In this document: positions 10,098-18,558 of the stretch, piece after piece
How the letters are laid out: the number at the start of each line of letters is the position of its first letter
Position numbering within the stretch: position 1 is the first letter of the stretch
From: an uncultured bacterium
GTDB lineage: Bacteria > Myxococcota_A > Polyangia > Polyangiales > Houyiibacteriaceae
Direction: 5' to 3'
Assembly: GCA_937998345.1 (NCBI GenBank)
Contig: CALLDH010000169.1
Span: 1 to 38,630 of the forward strand
Length of the DNA: 38,630 nucleotides
Translations under genes and position numbers: made by a program
Notes under the pieces: model-generated
What the model saw: the letters and a program-made list of their open reading frames with translations, nothing else
The model's database searches: none
What the model was told of the DNA's origin: nothing

Positions 10098-10251
10098 GTC
10101 ACGCTCCCTTTTCCAGAGTCCTTGGACCTGGCCAATCGATAGAGCCTCGTCTCGAAACCGTAGCCCCGGAGCCCTGCGCTAGGAAACAATTACGTATGGG
10201 CCGCACCGCCGGATGACCCCAGGTTACCCATGACCGGATGAGGAGGTTGTC

Positions 10252-10374
10252 ATGCGGTGCTTGTTTGGCTTTGTGTTTGTGCTGGCGCCGGTGGCCGGGC
10301 CGCTGAGTGTGAGTGCTCAAGACGATGACGAGGGTGCGAAGTCTTCAATGCGTTGGGCGGGGGAAGATTCGTGA
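10252..10374 (+). CDS. 40-aa ORF that is essentially a signal peptide (truncated secreted-protein remnant or leader ORF)
   Basis: SD AGGAGGT at 10241, then MRCLFGFVFVLAPVAGPLSVSAQDDDEGAKSSMRWAGEDS*. Stop overlaps the next GTG (GTGA). Confidence 0.5.
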   Translation: MRCLFGFVFVLAPVAGPLSVSAQDDDEGAKSSMRWAGEDS

Positions 10375-10898
10375 AATCGCTCGCCCTAGGCGCGCTTGCT
10401 TTCACGTTGGTGGCGGGAGCCCCTGGCGGCACCGACGCCCAAGCTCACATCGTCGTTGAGCCGCCCGCCACACCGCCCACCGCCCGCCCGGCCAGACTGC
10501 CCGTCGCAAGGCCCGCCACCTTGCCCGCGCAAACACCCCCTCCGCTGAGCCCGGCGGAGGAGGTTGAGCGCGCGGAGCTCGCCTGGGTTGTGTTCCGATC
10601 GCGCAATATCTTCATCGGGTCGACGGTCGCGACCGCCCTGGGAGCGGCGTTGGTGTTCCCGGCGGAAGCCAACCAATGTGCGGACGAACCGAAGAGCTTG
10701 GATCGATGCACCCCAGGAGGTAAGGCTATGGTGGTCATCGGTTATCCATTGCTCCTCGTCGGTGGCATCTCCATGTTGTCGAGCGGAATCGTGTTCGGCG
10801 TCATGAAGGGTAAGTTGCGACGACTCGAGCAACGCGCGGCCGCCCCGAAGTCACGAGCGGTTCGCTGGGATCCGGCCGGCTCCCGGTTCGTCTTCTAG
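10371..10898 (+). CDS. Hypothetical membrane protein with signal peptide, Pro-rich linker and two TM helices
   Basis: GTG at 10371; two hydrophobic segments flank a Cys pair; ends RAVRWDPAGSRFVF. Confidence 0.7.
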   Translation: MKSLALGALAFTLVAGAPGGTDAQAHIVVEPPATPPTARPARLPVARPATLPAQTPPPLSPAEEVERAELAWVVFRSRNIFIGSTVATALGAALVFPAEANQCADEPKSLDRCTPGGKAMVVIGYPLLLVGGISMLSSGIVFGVMKGKLRRLEQRAAAPKSRAVRWDPAGSRFVF

Positions 10899-10950
10899 GA
10901 GCTTGGCGGCTGGTCGAGCAACCGCTTTGAGGCTAGTCCGCGGTTCGGTT

Positions 10951-12192
10951 ATGGCACGGTCTCCTCGGCTCGAGCGCGTGATGTTCATGGTGGCTCTAAT
11001 CGTCGCTGGAGAGGCAGTGTTCAGCCTGCCCTTTCACGTTACCCGCTTCTTTCGACCGACGGTCCTCCAGGTGCTGGACCTCAGCAACACGCAACTCGGC
11101 ACGGTGCAGGCGGTGTACGGAGTGGTGGCCATGCTCGCCTACTTCCCCGGTGGGCCACTGGCCGACCGTTTTCCGGCTCGCCGATTGCTCACCGCGTCGC
11201 TTCTGCTGACCAGTGCCGGCGGAGTCTACTTCGCCTCGTTTCCACCGTATCGAGGGCTCTGGGTACTGTTCGGCTTCTGGGGCCTCACCACGATTCTATT
11301 GTTTTGGGCGGCGCTGATTCGAGCCACACGTGAATGGGGTGGCGATGTCGCGCAGGGCCGCGCGTATGGGATTCTCGACGGCGGACGCGGCCTGTTTGCT
11401 GCGGTCCTCGCCGCGGCGGCGGTATTTCTCTTTCAGCTCCTCTTGCCGGACGATCCGACTGCAGCGACCGAGCTCGATCGCGCCCGCGCACTGCGAGGCA
11501 TCATCTATGGGTACACGGTGGCGACCGCTGTCGCGGCGGCGCTGTGCTGGTTCTTCGTCCCGGACGACCAGGGAAAGACGCGCGATCACGAGAGCGCGTG
11601 GGTGCACGTCGCGACCGTGGTGCGGCTCCCCCGTGTATGGCTTCAGGCCGTCATCGTGGTTTGCGCATACGTCGGCTACAAGGGCATCGACAACTACTCG
11701 CTCTTTGCGGTGCAGGGCTACGGCATGAACGAGCTCGAAGGCGCGCGGGTGTCGGCGGTCAGTGCCTGGGTGCGGCCGTTGGCGGCGATTGGCGCGGGCT
11801 GGCTGGGCGACAAGATCAGCTCTTCCCGTGTATCGGCGCTGTGTTTTGCACTCCTCGTCGGCTCGTACGCGTGGCTGACGCTGGCGACGCCAAAGCCGTC
11901 TGCGGCGTGGGTGCTGTACGTCAACGTTCTGTTCACCTGCCTGGCGGTGTTTGGGTTACGAGGGGTCTACTTCGCGCTGTTCCAGGAAGCATCGGTTCCA
12001 CTCGCAGCCACCGGCACCGCGGTCGGGCTGGTTTCGGTGATCGGCTACACGCCGGACATCTTCGTCAACTTGGTCGCCGGCGTGCTGCTCGACCGATCGC
12101 CCGGCATTGCCGGCCACCAGCAGTTCTTCCTCTTCCTCGGCCTGTTTGCGTTTCTGGGGTTGCTCGCCAGCCTCGCCTTCCGGCGGTCCTGA
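10951..12192 (+). CDS. MFS transporter
   Basis: About 12 hydrophobic segments; motif A GGPLADRFPARR and its repeat GWLGDKISSSR. Confidence 0.92.
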   Translation: MARSPRLERVMFMVALIVAGEAVFSLPFHVTRFFRPTVLQVLDLSNTQLGTVQAVYGVVAMLAYFPGGPLADRFPARRLLTASLLLTSAGGVYFASFPPYRGLWVLFGFWGLTTILLFWAALIRATREWGGDVAQGRAYGILDGGRGLFAAVLAAAAVFLFQLLLPDDPTAATELDRARALRGIIYGYTVATAVAAALCWFFVPDDQGKTRDHESAWVHVATVVRLPRVWLQAVIVVCAYVGYKGIDNYSLFAVQGYGMNELEGARVSAVSAWVRPLAAIGAGWLGDKISSSRVSALCFALLVGSYAWLTLATPKPSAAWVLYVNVLFTCLAVFGLRGVYFALFQEASVPLAATGTAVGLVSVIGYTPDIFVNLVAGVLLDRSPGIAGHQQFFLFLGLFAFLGLLASLAFRRS

Positions 12193-12212
12193 CCGCAACC
12201 CGCCGCTTTTTT
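12181..12212 (+). terminator. Possible intrinsic terminator of the MFS gene
   Basis: cggcgg...ccgccg stem followed by c and six T, overlapping the stop codon. Confidence 0.5.
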
Positions 12213-12246
12213 GAAGAGATCCGGAAGAAGAGATCCGACCGAGGTT
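12213..12246 (+). repeat. Orphan copy of the RAYT-flanking motif with stutter
   Basis: gaagagatccg-gaa-gaagagatccgaccgaggtt; core at 12230-12246. Confidence 0.8.
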
Positions 12247-12594
12247 GAGCAGAAAGCCGGAACCCGTGGCGTCCTCACGCTGCCGCGTGCATCTCGTCGC
12301 AGACCGTCGCCAAGTCCTCGAGAGCGGTGGCGCAATCGCCTTCGAAGGACGAGCCGTGCTCTCTTCGCCCATCGGGCTCATGCTGAGGGCCCAAGTGCGC
12401 GGTACTGATTGTCATGTCGCGTCAGGAACCGCGCCGACAGGGCCTTTGTTCTTACTACCCTCGGGCATCAGCGGCGTTCAAGCACGGGATCATTGCAGCA
12501 GCCCGTGAGGTGAATCGGTTGCGCGCAGGTCGCCGTATCGCGCTAGAACTGCGCCGATTGGCGCCGTGAACCCCATAAATCCGGGACGGCGATT

Positions 12595-12610
12595 TGGTGC
12601 ACAACTTGCA
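12595..12610 (+). promoter_or_regulatory. sigma54 (-24/-12) promoter of the ALDH-amidase operon
   Basis: TGGtgcacaacTTGCA gives GG-N10-GC, followed by SD aaggagg before ATG 12649. Confidence 0.65.
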
Positions 12611-12648
12611 TCGATTCTCATGGCTTCAGAACGCAAGGAGGGCATGCC

Positions 12649-14415
12649 ATGGCCGTTTCTTCGATCGCGAGTCGAGATCAGCGCCCTGCGGCTAGCGGAT
12701 CACCGTACTTCGCGGATCTGATCGAGCATTCCCGTGCCACGCGTCGCCAGGACATCGATGCTGTTTTGAGCCGGCTTCGGGCCAACAAGGACGCGTGGGT
12801 TCGGATCGATATGCGCGAACGACTGTCCTTGCTGGATGAAGTGCGCCAGGATTTCATTTCGCTTGGCGAGCGCTGGGTGGCGGCGGAGCTCGAGGCGAAG
12901 CGGATCGCCCCTAACTCCCTGGGCGAAGCAGAGGAGTGGGCCATCCTGGCTACGGTTCATCGAGCGCTTCGAACGCTTCGACAGTCCCTCGCCGAGATCG
13001 AGAAGCTGGGCGAGCCCAAGGTGCCGGGACCGATCGCGTTGCGGCCCAACGGGCAGGTCGTCGCTCAGACGTTTCCTCTGACAGTCTGGGATCGTCTCCT
13101 CTTCCTTGGAGCGAAGGGCGAAGTTTGGATGGAGCCTGGCGTCGGCATTGAGGAAACGATTGCTGCTCAGGCGGCTGCCTACAAAGAGACGGAGCGACAG
13201 GGAAAGGTTTGCCTCGTGCTGGGTGCCGGAAACGCGTCGATGCTTCCTATTACCGATCTTCTCGACAAGCTCTTCGTCGAGCTGCAGGTGGTCGTTCTGA
13301 AGCCAAACCCCGTGAACGCCCACATGGGGCCGTTGATTGAGGAGGGGTTCCGAGCGCTCATCGAGCGGGGCTTTTTGGCCGTCGTCTATGGCGGGGCGGA
13401 GGAAGGAGCCTATCTCAGCAGTCATTCGGACGTAGAAAGCCTGCATTTGACCGGGTCCGACAAGACCTTCGAGGCTGTTGTTTTCGGAACGGGCGCAGAA
13501 GGGGCGAAACGCAAAGCGGAACGCAGCCCGCTCATCGGCAAGCGGTTCACGGGCGAGCTGGGGAACGTCAGCCCCGTGATCATCGTGCCTGGCCCCTGGA
13601 CGCGAAGCGATATCGAAGAGCAGGCCAAGCACATCGCCAGCTGGCTGGTCGTCAACGCGGGTTTCAACTGTCTGACGCCGAGGGTGCTCATCCAGCACGG
13701 GACGTGGACGCAACGAAACGCACTGATGGATGCGGTCGGACGACTCTTGGCCCAGGTTCCTCCGCGTTATCCGTACTACCCGGGAGCGCAGGATCGTCAT
13801 GGCGAGTTCCTGCAGGCACATCCCGATGCAGACCAGTTTGGGGCTCGGGAAGCTGACCGCCTTCCTTGGATACTCATTCGCAATGTGAACCCCGAAGATA
13901 CTCAGGACATTTGCTTCAGGCGCGAGGCATTCTGTGGGCTCTTTGCCGAGACCGCCCTCGATGCACCCAGCGTTGCAGACTTCATCGACCGGGCCGCTCA
14001 GTTCGCGAATGAGACGCTCTGGGGGACCCTCTGCGCAACGCTCATCGTGCATCCCAAGTCCTTGGGGGATCCAAGCATTGCTGCAGCCGTGAACCAGGCG
14101 ATCTCCGACTTGCGATACGGCACCGTCTCGCTGAACATGCTGGTCTATTATTCTGCCTACTTCATGGGAAGCCCTTGGGGCGGATTCCCGGGCCAGGACA
14201 TCTATGACGTCCAATCGGGCATCGGAACGACGTTCAACATGCTCATGTTTGACCGACCTCAGAAGTCTGTGCTCAGGGCTCCTTTCCGAAGGCTCGACCC
14301 GTTGACGATCAAATCGAAAAGGCCGGCTGAGTTCGGTCGAAAGCTCGCAGCATTTGAAGCGAGCCCCTCATGGAAGAAGATCCCCAGTCTCGTGTGGACG
14401 GCGCTCCGCAGCTAG
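12649..14415 (+). CDS. Aldehyde dehydrogenase family protein
   Basis: LGAGN, VVLKPNP, HLTGS, catalytic GELGNVSP and NAGFNC, REAFCG, PWGGFP. Confidence 0.9.
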   Translation: MAVSSIASRDQRPAASGSPYFADLIEHSRATRRQDIDAVLSRLRANKDAWVRIDMRERLSLLDEVRQDFISLGERWVAAELEAKRIAPNSLGEAEEWAILATVHRALRTLRQSLAEIEKLGEPKVPGPIALRPNGQVVAQTFPLTVWDRLLFLGAKGEVWMEPGVGIEETIAAQAAAYKETERQGKVCLVLGAGNASMLPITDLLDKLFVELQVVVLKPNPVNAHMGPLIEEGFRALIERGFLAVVYGGAEEGAYLSSHSDVESLHLTGSDKTFEAVVFGTGAEGAKRKAERSPLIGKRFTGELGNVSPVIIVPGPWTRSDIEEQAKHIASWLVVNAGFNCLTPRVLIQHGTWTQRNALMDAVGRLLAQVPPRYPYYPGAQDRHGEFLQAHPDADQFGAREADRLPWILIRNVNPEDTQDICFRREAFCGLFAETALDAPSVADFIDRAAQFANETLWGTLCATLIVHPKSLGDPSIAAAVNQAISDLRYGTVSLNMLVYYSAYFMGSPWGGFPGQDIYDVQSGIGTTFNMLMFDRPQKSVLRAPFRRLDPLTIKSKRPAEFGRKLAAFEASPSWKKIPSLVWTALRS

Positions 14416-14434
14416 CGTCGTGGGAGTAGCTGAG

Positions 14435-15928
14435 ATGTTTAACGAATACGTACAGTACGATGCCCTCGCTTTGGCGGAGCTCGTGTCCAAGGGCGAGGTT
14501 CATCCGAAAGAGGTCTTGGAGGCTGCCATCCGGCGCGCGGAGAAGCTCAATCCTCGGCTCAATGCGATCGTCACGCCGCTCTACGACTACGCGCGTGATC
14601 GCGTCCAGCAGGATTTGAGCGGCCCCTTTGCCGGGGTGCCATTTCTCTTGAAGGACGTTCACCACGCGTTGAAGGGAACGCCGATGAGCAATGGCAGCCG
14701 GCTTCACAAAGGCGAGGTTTCGGAGGTCACCGCGGAGATCGTGCGCCGGTTTCTCGACGCGGGCGTGGTCGTGTTCGGCAAGACCAATACGCCTGAATAC
14801 AAGCTCTCGGTGCTGACGATGCCGGAGGCTTGGGGGCCTACCCGTAACCCGTGGGACGTGACTCGGTTGCCGGGTGGTTCGAGTGGAGGATCCGCGGCCG
14901 CAGTCGCGGCTGGCATCGTGCCGATGGCATCGGCGACCGACGAAGGAGGATCGATACGGATGCCCGCCTCGGCATGCGGGGTGTTCGGCCTCAAGCCGAG
15001 CAGAGGGCGAAACCCGATCGGACCGGACTTCAGTTGGGAGGCCGAGGGGCTTTCGACCTCCGGTGTGATCACGCGCACGGTCCGCGACAGCGCAGCAATG
15101 CTCGACGCCACCGAAGGACCCGAGCCTGGCTCGCCCTACGTGGCGCCTGGGCCGACGGGCTTCCTCGCCGCTCTCAGTGATCCTCTGGGTCGACTGCGTA
15201 TCGGAGTTTCGACTGCGTCCAATGTCTTCGGAATGCCGATGGATGGCCCTTGTGTCGATGCGGTTCGCGTCACAGGTCTTCTTCTGCAGGACCTGGGCCA
15301 CGTGGTCGAAGAGGTGCCGCTTCCATACGACGAGTGGGAGGTGCTCCAAACGTTCCTGATTCTGCTTGCGGCCAATACCGCGGCCGTCATGACGGAGTTG
15401 GAGGGGCGATATGGCAAGAGCAGGGTTCGCGCTTCGCTCGAGGATGTCTCTCTTCTGCTCGGAAAGGTTGGCCGGGCCATGCCCGCCGAATCCGTCGGCA
15501 CCTCTCGAATCAACGCGCGTCGCATCGGCGCCAAGCTGGCGGCTTTCCATGACGACTATGACGTTCTGGTCACGCCCACGCTTGGACGCGTGCCGATTCC
15601 GATCGAGCAGGGCGAGCTCACCGCAGCAGAGAAGCGGCTCCTTCGCTTTGTGTTATCGCCTGCAGCGGCCGGCCTCTTACACGTCAGACGCTTCCTCGAG
15701 CGTATGATGGAAACTCAGACAGAATCGGTCGTCCGGCAAGTGCTGTGGCGAACGCCGATCGCTAATGTCGCTGGAGTCCCCGCCATGTCGGTGCCGCTTC
15801 ATCGAACCGAAAACGACCTGCCGGTCGGGGTGCAGTTCATTGGGCGCTACGGAGACGAAGTCACTCTCCTCAGGCTGGCCGCGCAGCTCGAGGAAGCCAA
15901 ACCTTGGCGCGTGGCTACGGGCACTTGA
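14435..15928 (+). CDS. Amidase-signature family hydrolase
   Basis: [47 protein letters not shown] at 14435 follows ggag. Confidence 0.93.
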   Translation: MFNEYVQYDALALAELVSKGEVHPKEVLEAAIRRAEKLNPRLNAIVTPLYDYARDRVQQDLSGPFAGVPFLLKDVHHALKGTPMSNGSRLHKGEVSEVTAEIVRRFLDAGVVVFGKTNTPEYKLSVLTMPEAWGPTRNPWDVTRLPGGSSGGSAAAVAAGIVPMASATDEGGSIRMPASACGVFGLKPSRGRNPIGPDFSWEAEGLSTSGVITRTVRDSAAMLDATEGPEPGSPYVAPGPTGFLAALSDPLGRLRIGVSTASNVFGMPMDGPCVDAVRVTGLLLQDLGHVVEEVPLPYDEWEVLQTFLILLAANTAAVMTELEGRYGKSRVRASLEDVSLLLGKVGRAMPAESVGTSRINARRIGAKLAAFHDDYDVLVTPTLGRVPIPIEQGELTAAEKRLLRFVLSPAAAGLLHVRRFLERMMETQTESVVRQVLWRTPIANVAGVPAMSVPLHRTENDLPVGVQFIGRYGDEVTLLRLAAQLEEAKPWRVATGT

Positions 15929-16179
15929 ACGACCCCGGGGAACGGAAGAAGATCCAACCCACGTTGGCGGTGACGCAAAGCCGCGCGAAGCTGATCCAAG
16001 GCTTCTGGTCAGCGTGCGATGCACCCAATGGTGCCGATGAAAGCACCCGGAACACTCCACTATATCGCGAAGGGCGCGCTCGTCGCGGCCTCGCTCCAGG
16101 GAATTGGGCCCTCACCATGCACGCCGGCGCCCCCGCCCCGTAGGGCAGTCGAGAAAGCTCCGGCTGGGCATTGTGTGCT

Positions 16180-17097
16180 CTACGGGGCGGGCCCGCACCG
16201 CGCCCCGTGACACACCCGCATCCACCAGGTGCCTTCGGGGAAGCACGCGCTTCGGTCTCCAGCGGTCCACGCCCCGAGCGCCCGCGCGTACTGTGCCTTG
16301 AATGCTCGGACGCGCTTCACTGCCTCGGTGGCCACCGCTCGATGGCCCGCAGCGGCAAACTGAGGATTGAGGCTCCCAAACACTTCGTAGCTCTTGGCCC
16401 GCTTCGTGTGCGCGAGCTTGAGGACGCGCCTCGGGCCCACAAACGAGAGCCCTGTCCGCTTGGCCTTGTTCCACGCTTGATGTTGCTTGTCCCGCACGCG
16501 TTCGGCGATGCGCTGACGGGCGAGCTCAGGCCCATAGTCGAGTTCGAGTGCCACCGGCATCTGCAGCCGAAGCTCGAGCTCTTCGGGCCACTCAGGGTTA
16601 TTGGGGTCGAAGTAGTGCGGAGGGCGCTTGACCCGGATGACACGCGTCCCGACGTGTGGGGGGAGGGTGTGCGCTCCGGGCCAGTCTTTGGCGTACCGGA
16701 CGGCGCCTGCTTCGACCGGGTTGACGATGAGGTAGGCGATGGCCTCGACCATGGCTTCAGGCGTCAGCAGCACGTGGGCGCCACTACTATCCTTATTGAA
16801 AACTTCCTCGGGCCACCCGCGATAGGCCTTGGTGCACAAGGCGAGGTAGCGGTGAAAGGTCTGCAAGAACTTTGGGTACACGCCTCGCACGTCGGTGATG
16901 ACCTCGTGGGAATGAGTCGACATGAGGCACGCGGCGTGGACCAAGACACCATGGAGCTCGGCCGCGTAGGCGAGGCAATACCAATACACTTGCTCCATCT
17001 GCCGTGCTTCGTCCGGATTGAGAAGGAAGTGGCGGCGCGTGGTGCGACGAGAGAGCGCCAGGGTGGCGCCCGGATCCACAATGCGGGGTCGGGTCAT
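16180..17097 (-). CDS. REP-associated tyrosine transposase-like (HUH/Y1) protein with long C-terminal extension
   Basis: HUH motif CLMSTHSH; catalytic Tyr block AYLIVNPVEAGAV...DWPG; 305 aa. Confidence 0.88.
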   Translation of the reverse strand: MTRPRIVDPGATLALSRRTTRRHFLLNPDEARQMEQVYWYCLAYAAELHGVLVHAACLMSTHSHEVITDVRGVYPKFLQTFHRYLALCTKAYRGWPEEVFNKDSSGAHVLLTPEAMVEAIAYLIVNPVEAGAVRYAKDWPGAHTLPPHVGTRVIRVKRPPHYFDPNNPEWPEELELRLQMPVALELDYGPELARQRIAERVRDKQHQAWNKAKRTGLSFVGPRRVLKLAHTKRAKSYEVFGSLNPQFAAAGHRAVATEAVKRVRAFKAQYARALGAWTAGDRSACFPEGTWWMRVCHGARCGPAP

Positions 17098-17111
17098 ACC
17101 CCGTCGGTAGA

Positions 17112-17127
17112 AGCGAACGCCATGCCG
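17112..17127 (-). promoter_or_regulatory. sigma54-like promoter of transposase A
   Basis: CGGCATGGCGTTCGCT (GG-N10-GC), 14 nt before the ATG. Confidence 0.55.
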
Positions 17128-17186
17128 ACTCGGGGCCCTGTGATTTCCGGAGCTTGGCGGCGTGGCTGCGGCGGTTTCGTGAGCGG

Positions 17187-17219
17187 CCGCCGGCGGACGT
17201 CACTTCACGAGACTACAGC
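17187..17219 (-). repeat. Conserved GTAG + palindrome block (REP-like), copy A
   Basis: gctGTAGtctcgtgaagtgacgtccgccggcgg; 28/33 identical to 22835-22867. Confidence 0.75.
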
Positions 17220-17364
17220 GCTATACGCCAACACGTACTGCGTTTGGGGTAACCTCGGTAGAATCTCCTAATCTCCTTCTTGGCACCCCAGCTGGCGCAG
17301 CGGGGGCGCTCCCGTCACGCTGCATTGACTGGCGGTCGGAATCCCGTCGCTGTGGAGGCGCTAG

Positions 17365-18372
17365 ATGCGGTATTTCTTGGGAATCTTGGGAATCGTCTTG
17401 GTGGCTGCGCTTGGAGCGGCCGGGTTGAGTGGCTGCAGCGAAGCCGAGAACGCGGGTGGCACGGGTGGGACTGCGGGGACCGGGGGCACGGCTGGAGCCG
17501 GAGGCACGGCGGGAACCGGCGGGACGATCGAGGGGTTCGATCCGCTCGAAGGGATCGGAGATGTCGAGCTGGTCGTCGACGGATTCCTGTTTACCGAAGG
17601 GCCGCATTGGCGGGCGACGGAGCAGCGGCTTCTGTTCACCGACATTCCGGTAGGGGTGATCTACGAGCTGACGCCGCCGGATGATGTTCAGACGTTTCGT
17701 GAGGAAAGCCAGATGGCCAACGGGCTCGCTTCGGATTCCGATGGTCTCTTGCTTGCGGCCGAGCACGAGTCCCGGCGGGTGTCGCGGACGCTCGAGGACG
17801 GGACGATCGTGACTGTGGCAAGTGAGTACATGGGCGACTCGTTGAACTCGCCGAACGACATTGCGGTTCGGATCGATGGAACGATTTACTTCACGGACCC
17901 GCCGTACGGGATCAACCAGGCAACACAGCAGGAGCTCGACTTCAACGGTGTGTTTCGGGTGGACCCGGAAGGCGTGCTGACCGCGGAGTGGGAAGGCGAG
18001 CTGGAGTCACGGCCGAATGGGCTCGTGCTTTCGCCGGATGAGCGGCGCTTGTACGTGGCGGACACCACGGAGGGCGTGATGGTGTTCGATGTGAATGCCG
18101 ACGGTTCGCTTGGTGAAGAACAGGCCTTCGTTCCATCCGTGGCGGGCGCCGATGGGATGGCGATGGACACCGGTGGCAATTTGTTCGTGTCGACGGCGAC
18201 CGGCGTGCAGGTGTTCGACCCCGAGGGGACGCTTTGGGGGACGATCGAGATGCCGGAAGGTGCACTCGCACCGGCGAACTGCGCGTTTGGCGGAGACGAC
18301 GCGCGAACCTTATACATCACGGCGCGCTCGGCGCTCTACCAAGTGCGCTTGATGCGGCCGGGCTTGTACTGA
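17365..18372 (+). CDS. SMP-30/gluconolactonase/LRE family lipoprotein
   Basis: Lipobox LSGC, Gly/Thr linker, [42 protein letters not shown]. Confidence 0.93.
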   Translation: MRYFLGILGIVLVAALGAAGLSGCSEAENAGGTGGTAGTGGTAGAGGTAGTGGTIEGFDPLEGIGDVELVVDGFLFTEGPHWRATEQRLLFTDIPVGVIYELTPPDDVQTFREESQMANGLASDSDGLLLAAEHESRRVSRTLEDGTIVTVASEYMGDSLNSPNDIAVRIDGTIYFTDPPYGINQATQQELDFNGVFRVDPEGVLTAEWEGELESRPNGLVLSPDERRLYVADTTEGVMVFDVNADGSLGEEQAFVPSVAGADGMAMDTGGNLFVSTATGVQVFDPEGTLWGTIEMPEGALAPANCAFGGDDARTLYITARSALYQVRLMRPGLY

Positions 18373-18434
18373 GGGCTCTCGTCGCCCACTGGGCTCAAGC
18401 TGTGCACGTACCGCGCCGACGGGGCTGTTGTTCT

Positions 18435-18472
18435 CAATGCCGATCACTTCCGCCCCTAACTGATCGGCATTG
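18435..18472. mobile_element. 38-bp inverted-repeat mini-element (IS4-like ends) with imperfect 10-bp target duplication
   Basis: caatgccgatca-14 nt-tgatcggcattg, flanked by ctgttgttct and cttctgttct. The homologous site at 12428-12457 lacks it. Confidence 0.6.
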
Positions 18473-18527
18473 CTTCTGTTCTTACTATCAACCCCCGGCG
18501 TATGCTTACCACCATCGTGACGGCTGA

Positions 18528-18549
18528 GGCGCTGCGCTGACGCAGCGCC
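18528..18549. terminator. GC-rich hairpin between convergent genes
   Basis: ggcgctgcg-ctga-cgcagcgcc, a perfect 9-bp stem just after the esterase stop. No U-tract. Confidence 0.45.
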
Positions 18550-18558
18550 CCGTGATCC

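Larger units (their letters stand above)
15949..17267 (-). mobile_element. RAYT-like element A (transposase between inward-facing terminal motifs)
   Basis: aagatccaacccacgttggcggt at 15949-15971 (+) and gagattctaccgaggtt at 17267-17251 (-). Same layout as element B. Confidence 0.75.

Noticed and set aside
12275-12415. 46-aa minus-strand ORF MTISTAHLG...
   Set aside because: No SD or recognisable motif; cannot be supported from sequence alone.
16180-17097. IS200/IS605 element with TnpB/IscB RNA-guided nuclease
   Set aside because: No RuvC or zinc-finger ORF next to either copy; the YLIxNPV motif and length are RAYT-like.
17452-17526. Gly/Thr/Ala repeats in the gluconolactonase
   Set aside because: Ordinary low-complexity lipoprotein linker.
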